Shown here: one piece after another, positions 54,204 through 64,000 of the stretch
Layout: each line of letters begins with the position of its first letter
How positions within the stretch are numbered: position 1 is the stretch's first letter
NCBI RefSeq assembly: GCF_009834535.1
Contig: NC_045696.1
Location: 23,314,001-23,378,000 of the forward strand
From: Camelus ferus
Lineage: Eukaryota
DNA length: 64,000 bases
Direction of reading: 5' to 3'
Translations under genes and position numbers: made by a program
The notes under the pieces: model-generated
Seen by the model: only the letters and a program-made list of their open reading frames with translations
Database searches by the model: none
What the model was told of the DNA's origin: nothing

Positions 54204-54602
54204 TGTTATGTACTGAATTGTGCCCTCCCAAAATTCACATGATGAAGCTCCAACAACCACGGTGATTGTATTTGAAGATGGGGTCTTAATGGAGGTAATT
54301 AAGATTAAATGAATTCACAAAAGTGGGGCCTGTTCAAGTAGGATTACTGTCCATATAAAAGAAGGAGGAGACATGAAAGCTCTCTCTCTCTTTCTCTCTG
54401 TCTGCATGCAGAAAGACGTCATGTGGATACACAGCAAGAATGTGGTTGTCCGCAAGCTAGGAAGAGAGCTCACATCAGAAACAGACGTTGCTGGACCTTG
54501 AACTGGGACTGCCAGCTTCCAGAACTGTGAGAAAGTAATTCCTATTGTTTAAGTCACTCAGTCTACTGTATTTTATTATGGCAGCTTGAGCAGACTAATG
54601 TA
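54204..54602 (+). mobile_element. MLT1A-type solo LTR
   Basis: 'tgttatgtactgaattgtgccctcccaaaattcacat...cttccagaactgtgaga...ttatggcagcttgagcagactaat'. Confidence 0.9.
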
Positions 54603-54736
54603 GCATCCAGTAAAAAGTTACCAAGCATGTAAAAAAGCAAAAAAAACTATGATTATACAAAGAGTAGAAAAAGACTCATAAATGACAGGGATTTCTGAAC
54701 TATTAAAAAGTATTTTTTAACAGTTCAATAAATATA

Positions 54737-54942
54737 CAGTTGCCTTTGACCAGTGCAGAGGAATGGGGCACGAACCTGCTGGCTCAAAAATCCTCATATG
54801 ACTTTATAGTCAGCCCTCTGTATCTGCAGTTCTGCATTTGTAGATACAACCAACCACAGATCATGTAGTACTGTTGTTTGTATTTATGAGAAAAGTCTGT
54901 GTATACGTGGACCTGCACAATCCAAATCCTTGATGTTCAAGA
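54737..54942. mobile_element. Tigger2-type non-autonomous DNA transposon
   Basis: 'cagttgcctttgacca', 'cagccctctgtatctgcagttctgca', 'gtggacctgcacaatccaaatccttgatgttcaag'. Confidence 0.75.
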
Positions 54943-56617
54943 AGATAAGGAAAAAGAAAATGTAAGCCTTATGACAAGAGAAATGGAAGACATAAAAAAA
55001 GACATGCATAGGATTCCAGAGATGGAAAATACTGTAACAGAAATGAAAATACCCTGCGTATGATTAACAACATATTATACATTGCAGAATAATAATAATA
55101 AAAAAAGTGAAATTGAGGACATAGCAATAGAAACTATACAAAATGAAGCACAGAGAGGAACAAGACTAAAATAATAAATAAATAAACAAATAGATGAACC
55201 GAGAAGTGTTCTAGGAGGAAACATCATAGAGTCTACCTTACATCTACTTGGAATCCCAGAAGAAGAGACAGTGGGAATAGAAAACATTTTTTGAAAAATG
55301 AAAGCCAAAACTTTTCTGAATTTGGTAAAATTTACCAAACCACAGATTCAAAAAGCTCAATAAATCCCAAGCAGAATAAAAGTAAAGAAAAACACACTCA
55401 GCATAACAAAATCAAATTGCTGAAAATCACTGATAAAGTGAAAGTCCTAAAGTCAGCCACAGAAAAAATACACATTACACAGCAAGAAGCAAAGATAAGA
55501 ATTACAACAGATTTCTCCTCAAAACTACTTAAACTACTAAACACAATGGAGAGAAGTGTGTAAAGTACTAAATGAGAAAAAGAAACAACTAACCCATAAT
55601 TCTTTACCCAGAAAAAATGTCTTCAGAATTGAAGTAAAACTAAAACTTTTTTTCAGAGAAACCACCACCAAAAGAGTTAATCATCAGCAGAATTACAGTA
55701 CAAGAAATGTCAAAGAGTTACCTTTAGGGAACAAAAAAATAATAGCAGAAAAAAATCTGTAACTGCACAAAGAAATGAAAAACACCAGAAATAGAAATCA
55801 GGTGGGTAATTACAAACATTTTAATATTTTAAATTAATTTTCATTACTATAAAAAGTAATTTAATGTTTTAAAAGTGCATTGTGTTGTTTTTAACATATG
55901 GAGAAATGAAATCTTCAACACAAATAGCACAAAGGATAAAGCTGGGGAACAGAAATATCCTGTTGTTTGTATTTATGAAAAAAATACATAAGGTTCTGAC
56001 TATGCACATAAGCTGGTATAATATTATTTGAAAATGTGTTGTTGTAAGGTAAAGATTGTATATTATAAACCCTAGAGAAACCAATAAAAAATTAGGCAAA
56101 AAGATAAAACCAACTGTGGAAGTAAAAAAACTCTCAACAATTACTTAACCCAAAAGAAGGAAAAGGAAAAGGAAAACAAAGGAGCAAAGAACAGATGGGA
56201 CAAGTAGAAAAATAAATAGCAACATCATAAACATAAACACAACCATACTAAAATTACACTAAATGTAAATTGTCTGAACATTTCAAATAAAAGTAATGAA
56301 AAAGCAGAGTGAATTGATAACCAAGACCCAACTATGATATTGTCTAGCAGAAAGATACTTTAAATATAAAGACATAGATAGTTTTAATGCAGAAGAATTA
56401 AAGTAAATATGCCAAGCAAATAAATATTTTAAAGACACTACAGTGGCTAAATTCATGTTGAACAAAGCAGAGTTTATAATAAGGAATATAACTTAAAGAC
56501 TGTCATTCATAAATGATACAAGGATCAAATCATCAGCATATATAAAAAGACCTAAATATGGATAGACTAATAACAAAAGTAAAGTACATGAAGAAAATGG
56601 ATAGAAATGAGAGGAAA

Positions 56618-58777
56618 GGGATAGGCTTCAAGAGGATGGACTAGAAGGACACAGAGCTCACCCTCTCCCACAAATACATCAAAAAAAATCTACATGTGGA
56701 ACAATTCTCACAGAATACCTAGTGAGCTTTGGCAGAAGATCTGGTATAACTGGAACTACAAGCAAAATCTTCATAAAATTCGGTAGGAGGAAAAAAATAA
56801 AAAGAAAAAGGAAATTGGGGTGGGATCTGCCCCTCATGGAGGGAGTGGGGAAGGAGGAAAAGTGCCCTCACCCTGGGAAGCCCCCTCTCTAGCAAGGAGG
56901 TCAGCCGGGACAGAAGGGAGCCACAGAAGCTCTGAGGACAAAGCAGCAGCCACTTGGCAGACAAAACGGAGAGAAACTGGCACAGCTGAGCGTCCCTGCG
57001 ATCCCTAGCCTCAAATGTGACCTGGCTGGTGCAGGCCAGAACTGGGTGCTGGAGCTTGAGCCTCAGAGGATGGACCGAGGGACAATACTGGAGTTGCATG
57101 CACAGAGGCAGCCTCAGAGGGCTGGAATGTGGTGCAGGCTGAGGTTGGAAGTGTGTGCAAAAGAGCCAAGGTCTACCATAGAAAGCTCCACTGTTGGTGT
57201 GTGCGACCTGGCCACAGCAGCCTTCTCTGCTGGCCCAGAGGGCACTGCTTGGCTGCCCCATTATTAACATGCTCTTGCGGAAGGAGGGACACAAAGCAGC
57301 CCAGCCATAGCCTCGTCCACTAGCCTGCAGGGCACTGCTCAGCCGCCCCATTGTTAATGAACTCTTACAAGGGGGAGGAGCAGGATCTAGACACAGCAGT
57401 CTTTTCAGCTTGCTCCAGAAGGGCACAATCACTGGTGAGCAGCTCCCAAGTGGAGGTGGGGCTGAAATTTGAGTTGAGCCCCAGGCAGATTTACTTTGCT
57501 AGTGCCTTTGGAAACTCAGAGCCTCTAAGACATCTGAGCAGAATACTGGTGCATGGCAGAGGCAGGTCTGGTGTTAACAGCAGGTGTGTGTACACTGAGA
57601 TGCGGCTGGGGCCTAGGTTGACCCTGTAGCCCACAGTGGATCCTGGCACATGACTCTATGCACACTATGGCAGGTCCTGGTGCCTGACGTCAACAAATCT
57701 GCACTAGTGACTTTGTGAGCACAGCATCTGAGGGACACCATAGTAGGTTCCCAGCATTCCCATGGCAGAGGCAGGGACAAGGGCAGTGTCAACAAAGTGC
57801 ACTCCGTAAACTAGCACAATGAGTGCCAGACAACACCGCAGAGGGCACTTTCCAGGGGACATCTCCTGCGGAGGCATATTCAGCAACTCCTCTCCCAGCA
57901 GATGTGCTCCAGTCCTGCCTACCACACACCACAGCTCAGAAATGGGTCTGGGGGCCTCTACTCCAACAGCAGGGAGCAGACCCAGCCACCGACAGGGCTG
58001 TGACAACCACAGAGCAAAGAGAAGGCCTGGCTTAATATCCAGAGGTCACCACAACACCAATCACACCCCCAATCAAGGGGATAACAACCAATACACAAGG
58101 AGGAAAGATGTGGCCGCCATCCATACTAAAAACAGCCCTTGCAACAAAAACATTAGGTGTACACAGTCTTCACAGGGACACTCCTGCATAAAAACAGCCC
58201 TTCAAGACCACAGTAGATGACTGCTACTCCTAAATTCATGCAGTTAGAGATATAGAAGTAAACTGAAGAAGCTGAGGAACCACTCCCAATTAAAAGAACA
58301 AGAAAAGTCCCCTGAAAGAATAAACAATGACTCAGAGCTCCACATTCTAACAGAACTTGAGTTCAAAAAGGAGATGATAAAAGCACGGAAGGACATGAGA
58401 AGCTAGCGACAGAAATGCAGAATACCATAAAAAGGAAATAAAAACTATAAAGACAAGCCAATTAAAATCAGAAAACTCAGCTGCTGAGATAAAAGCCGAG
58501 CTGAAGGCAGTCAGTAGCAGACTAAATGTTGCAGAAGAACGAATAAATGATTAGAAGACATAATAATGGAAACCAGCCAATCAGAACAGCAGACAGAAAA
58601 GCAAATATTAAAATAAAAGCACCGTAAGGGACCTAAGGGACAACATAAGCTATGCCTATCTACGCATAATAAGGGTCCCAGAAGGAAGAGAAAGAGGAAA
58701 GGAGATCAAAAATATGTTTGAAGAAATTATGATTGAAAACTTCCCAAACCTAAAGAAGGAAATAGATATCCAAGTAC
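56618..58777 (+). mobile_element. Younger cetartiodactyl L1: complete GC-rich 5'UTR plus N-terminal ORF1, 3'-truncated
   Basis: 5' end 'ttcaagaggatggactagaaggacacagagctcaccctctcccacaaatacatc...ctacatgtggaacaattctcacagaatacc'; ORF1 'gaaccactcccaattaaaagaacaaga...gaaaacttcccaaacctaaagaagga'; flanked by a near-identical 15-mer. Confidence 0.88.
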
Positions 58778-61700
58778 AGAAATAAAAGGAAAAAAAAAGC
58801 AGATCCAATATTATAATTGGAGATGTAACACAACTCCCTCATAACTGATTAAAAAAAAAAAAAAGCAGACAGAAAATCAGTAAGAATATAAAAGCCCTCA
58901 ACAGATTAAGCTAAATAAATTTAAGAAAACAAATCATACGAAATTCTCAGACAATAATGTATTAATCTAGAAATAAATAATATTTTTAAAATCCTCAAAT
59001 ATGCCAAAATTAAATAAAACATCACTAAATAAACCATAAGTAAAAGAATAAATTACATAACATTTTAAGCAAAAACATAACATAAAAATTTGCAGCTAAA
59101 GCAGTGCTTAAAAGGAAATACATAGCACTAAGAAAGATCTAACATCAGTTATTTAAGCTTCCACTGTAAGAAATAAAAAATAGATCAAAAAAAATCCCCA
59201 AAGTAAGTAGAAGGGAGAAAATAATAAAGGTGTGTGCAAAAAATCAAGAAAAAGAGAAAAACACACAGGAAATCAATGAAACCAAAATCTGGTTCTTTGA
59301 ACTGAGGGAAAAAAATTAAGGCATTAACTGCAATAATCAGGAAACAAGAAAAAAATACACAAATAAACAATATCAATAAAGAAAACATGAACATACATAT
59401 AGGTCCTGTATACTTTAAAATGACAAAAAAGGAATATTATTAATAAACTATATGCTTATTGACATCTTAGATGAAGTGAAATGAAATCTCTTGAAATATA
59501 CAAATAAATCTCCCTCAACAAGGAACAGATAACTAGACAGCCTTATAACTATTAAAAAAATTGAAGTCATAATTAAAGTTCTTCTCACAAAGAAAGTTCC
59601 ATGCCTAGATGACGTCATTGGTAAAGTCTTCCCATAAATTCTTATTTAAGAAAGAAATAATTCTAATTTTGCACAAACTCTTCAGGAAGGAGAAGAGGGA
59701 GAATACTTTCTAACTCACTTTAAGAGGCCGAAATTATCTGATCAGAAAACCAAAGACAATTTTTAAATAAACGAATATACACGAACATACATACACAGAA
59801 CAGATCAATAAGCTTCCTGAACATACATGTAAAAACCTCAAACAAAATATTAGCAAATAATATCTGATAATTCATAAAAAGAAACAGCACACTATTCTAG
59901 TGAATAAGATTTGTTTAATATTCAGTATTCAACATAACCTACCATATTATTAAATAACAGGAAAGAGATCACATGCTTATTTCAACACATATGTAACAGA
60001 GCAGCTGATAAATTCAAAATCCAATTTTAATTAAAATTAGCTACAAACTATGAGTGAAAGGTAATCTGATAAAAATATCCACAAAAACCTTGCAGCTTAT
60101 GTAATTCTTGTGAAAGACTGAAAGCTTTCCTCTAAGATCAGGAGCAAGGCAAAGACGTCTGTCCTTACCACTTTTGCTCAGCTTTGTACAAACACTGCAC
60201 AACACTGCAGTGCAATAAAGCAAAAATAGTGCGACTGATAATAAAATGAATAAGTCAGTAAAAAATAAATGTCATACATATTGGAAAGGAAAACATGAAA
60301 CTTTTTATATACAGATGACATGAACATTTATGTAAACAATCCAAAGAAATCTACAAAAAATGCTATTGGAACTAAGAAGTGAGTTTAGTAAAGGCAGAAG
60401 ATTCAAGGTAAATATACAAAAATCAGTCATATATTTCTATATATTAATAACAACCAACCAAATAATAAAATTTAAATGTTCTTTACAGTAGAACCAACAA
60501 ACACGAAATACATAGATATACAAATTATTTTTACCAAAATGCATGTGTTGTGGAGTTTCCAAAATATTGCTGAGTGGAATTAAAAGACAGCTAAAAAACA
60601 ATGAAAAAAGATGCCATGTTCAGGAAACAAAATACATAAACTACAAAGGTTTTAATTTTCTTCATATACATTTGTGGCATTATGAACTCCCAATGAAAAA
60701 CTCAGCAGGTATTTATGTAGACATTGACAAGGGGATTCTAAAATTAAATGGAAGTAAATTACCACATACCATATGATTTCATTTATATGAAATTTCAGAA
60801 ATGCAAAACTGTAATGACAATGCAAATCAGTGGTTGACAGAAGCTGAAGGTGAGAGGAGGGGCCTGATCATAAAGGGTCACGAGGATACTTTTGGACGTG
60901 AAGGAAATATTCTCTACCATAATTATGGTGTTAGTTACATGAATATATGGATTTGTCAAAACAAAAAATTGTACACTTAAAATTTTAGTATTATATTCTA
61001 TATAAACACAGAAATAGATCTGACTTAAAAAAATCTCTACATAGATGATCCCACTTAATCCTTATAGTACCTTTATAGATTTAAAATGTTATTACTATCA
61101 TTACATGATTAAAGAATCAAGGGTTGACCTCGGCTTTATGGGAACTAAATGGCAAAAACAGAACATATTTGATAAATAAATAAAAAACATGTTTGGCTTT
61201 CTCTTTTTAAATGAATCAGAGACATGGTTTAACTATAAGTTCTGAAATATGAAACAGAAAGGGAGTAACTTTCCTTTTCCACAAATCCTGCAAAGTACAT
61301 TAAAAGATTATAAGGAATGACTCTAGCACAAAGAAAATAAGATTTGCTTATAACATGCTGTTGCTTCCAAGTCTCAATAAAGAGGCCTATAAAAGGCACT
61401 TTTTGGTCCTCTTAACATTTACTCCGTAAGTTCCATTTATTAGAATTACCTTCCTTGAAGTTAACCTGTCAGCCTAAGGTATCCACCTTTTCTTTGAAGA
61501 GTAGACTGCTCAGTTCCCTGGAAACCTGAGTTATACTGTTATCTGAAGTGTCAGAGCAGAGAACTTCAAAGGGGTACAGCTGCAGAACACATCTTCACAG
61601 CTCCTTGATCTCTGGATTGGAGTGTGTACATATCCTTCTAAATTGTCTAAAGGGAAATTTAGAGTTTACTTTTGGAATGTTTAAAGGTAATTTGTTCTGA

Positions 61701-61849
61701 TAAAGGTGAAATGGGAAGACTGTTAGTCCGGGAGACAGCATCTATTTAATGTGGCTAACTGCAGACATGTTAATCTTCAACCCAAACCTACTTTGACAAA
61801 CATTTGTTAAACATATACCATGATATGAAAACCACATAATATGACATTT

Positions 61850-62095
61850 ATCAAAGAGTACTTATCATTTGGAGATAAATGTTGAAATGTGTAAGGATAA
61901 AATGATAATGTATGATATCCAAATTTACTTCAAAATAATATGAGAGAAAAAAAATAGATGGGGTATGGATAGGACAGAACTGGCCATTTGTTGATGGTTG
62001 TTTGGACTGGGGTCATAGCTGCATGGTGATTTAATACACTGTTACTTAATTTTGGTATCTTCAAAATTTTCCACAATAAAAAATAAAATATTAAT
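61850..62095 (+). mobile_element. L1MC-like 3' terminus
   Basis: 'tggccatttgttgatggttgtt...aaaattttccacaataaaaaata'. Confidence 0.7.
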
Positions 62096-63129
62096 AGTAC
62101 TAATAATGAAAGCTGCATTAAAAACCATTGTTTGTGCCCAAATGAAAAAGTAGTCTAAATTCTTTGGCAAGTTGGTTATTGGAACCTACACCACATTTTT
62201 CATTTGATGCCTGAATAAATCCACAGAAACCTATAAAAATTTTTTTTTTTACATTTCCTAATCACTATGGTTTAACTCAGTTATGAATTTTAAATTTTTC
62301 TGTGAGCTGGTCTGGGCATCTAGCAACCCCATATAATGTTATTTTCATGCACATGTGAATATGTTCCACAGAATGAATAAGGAAGAAAATTTAGCTTCAC
62401 CAGATACATGTTTTCCAAACTACCATCTGGCCCTATGGACATATAATACAGGGTATCATCCAATAAAGCACAACCTTTGCAAAAAGGGGACACTATTATT
62501 ACCAAAAACACACACACACAAATTACCAAAAAATACACACAAACTGAGACTGCTCCATGCAAACCAAGACACAGTTGCATATCTGTAAGGTGAACAGTTA
62601 TATTGTACTTATGCTGAAAGAGTTTATGTGTCTTGGAAACTTAATTATTTTTCTAGTTCTACAATACTATTACTTTACAAATAAAAACTAAGAACTATGA
62701 AATAACAGACTGATCTTTTAAACCACAAACTATAGGATAATACAGATCTTTCCTTCTCTTCTTATAAGGATTCTTCTTTCAGATTATATTTGATGGCTAA
62801 AATAATCCTACAGGTTGTGGATAATTCCCCACATTTTAGTCAAATTAAAATTATTTACTATGGTAGTCTAATGTCATGTCTTTTTTAACTTTGAAGTGAT
62901 GACCTGTCTCATTCAATAATTGCTTAAAAGAATCTGTTACGGCAAGGACTAACCAAGTCAGAAAAATAAAATTAAACTGCAAAACTAAAATTCATGTAAT
63001 CCTTATGTTAGTCAAGAAAGGCCCAATTACACTATGGTGGTAAATAAAGCCTGAAATTTCAGTGACTTATGACATAGAATTATTTCTTTTTCACTTAGTT
63101 TTTAGAATATTTCACTCTCTTTCACTTTC

Positions 63130-63420
63130 AAATAGCCCATCTGCAATCAGAATCTCGGAACTCCAGGCTCTTTCGCCCGTGGGCCTCTGCCATCTCAATA
63201 CATGGTCCCACTGCAACTGTGACTGGAAGAACAAGGACAGTGAGCACATGGCTTCTCAAGGCTCTTCCAGGAAGTGACCAATGGCTTCCGAGCACATTTC
63301 ATTGGCCAGGCTAGTCACACGGTGCTGCCTCCCTTTCAGAGGGCTGAGGAATCTACTCTTCCTTTGTACTCAAAAGGAAGACAATGTAATGGGATCATTC
63401 GGTGAACAGAGTGAAACTTC
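63130..63420 (-). mobile_element. Old MLT1 (J/K-like) LTR remnant
   Basis: 'ggaagtgac...cacatttcattggccaggctagtcacacgg'. Confidence 0.65.
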
Positions 63421-64000
63421 CAGAAAGACAGATTTTCAGCCAAACAAGTGGCTATTTCTATACTTTATCTAATCAAAGTAATACAGTAACATTTGTGAGG
63501 CCGTTATGTCCACTGCCCTCCAACTTGGCTCGATGATGTCCAAAACACCACAGGTGAAATAAAAGATTTTCAGAGAAAAAGCTTTGCATAAATGTCTTTA
63601 GAGGCCTAATCTGATAGCAGGAAAACAAGGTTTCCTGAAGTTATTCTAAACAAAATGCCTCAAGTCATTTAATCTCTCTTTGTGGTGTTCTACATGGAGA
63701 TAGGCAAAAAGCTCATCACAGCCCTCTGAAAAAACAACTCTTTACATTTTGAAAAATAATATCCCCCAGTCTCTGCAGGTAAAACATTCCAAATGGTCCC
63801 TTAACATTTGTTCATTATAATCCTGTTCTGAGGGCAAAAATAGACTTTTGCAATGTATGATTCACTGTATTAAATCTATTCAATTAAAATGGTAGAGGAC
63901 TAATGTGAGGAAAAAAGTATTTAAAGACCTAAAGATACAATTATTAAAGAGAATTTTGGGTAATGACTTAGATTGAAAGATAACTACTTTCCATACATTT

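Larger units (their letters stand above)
53425..61030 (+). mobile_element. Long decayed old L1 (5'UTR, ORF1, ORF2, 3' end pieces) hosting MLT1, Tigger and a younger L1
   Basis: ORF1 remnants in ORF 55291-55563 ('KIKLLKITDKVKVLKSA..IRITTDFSSK'); endonuclease region ~56200-56617 resuming at ~58793; RT region 'aagctttcctctaagatcaggagcaaggcaaagacg'; 3'UTR-like sequence ~60760-61030. Confidence 0.85.

Noticed and set aside
56719..57432. 237-aa antisense ORF and a cluster of overlapping ORFs, possibly ORF0-like
   Set aside because: Lies in the GC-rich L1 5'UTR where stop codons are rare; many frames are open and none has a recognisable motif
62320..62588. Overlapping 86-aa and 77-aa ORFs on opposite strands
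   Set aside because: No recognisable homology, partly low-complexity CA repeat, no clear donor site

Overview
AT-rich, CpG-depleted mammalian intergenic or deep-intronic DNA, densely filled with decayed eutherian interspersed repeats (L1, L2, L3/CR1, MIR, MaLR/ERVL/ERV1 LTRs, hAT-Charlie and TcMar-Tigger DNA transposons). The younger L1 ends look cetartiodactyl, and I saw no ruminant, pig or cetacean SINEs, so a camelid is my best guess (inference). I recognise no intact protein-coding gene, rRNA, tRNA or CRISPR array. Most of the listed ORFs fall in repeats or are chance frames. The clearest gene-derived sequence is a processed histone H3.3 (H3F3A) pseudogene at ~47.65-48.06 kb, which stops at the parent's last splice junction. 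Other points of interest: a 5'-intact, 3'-truncated L1 with an apparent target-site duplication nested in an older L1; a MER82-type Tigger that keeps transposase coding sequence; and four candidate minus-strand exons that splice into one ~160-codon frame, which is unverified and may be chance. I found no convincing novel biological system. Repeat family names come from recalled consensus sequences, not a database search, and repeat boundaries are approximate.
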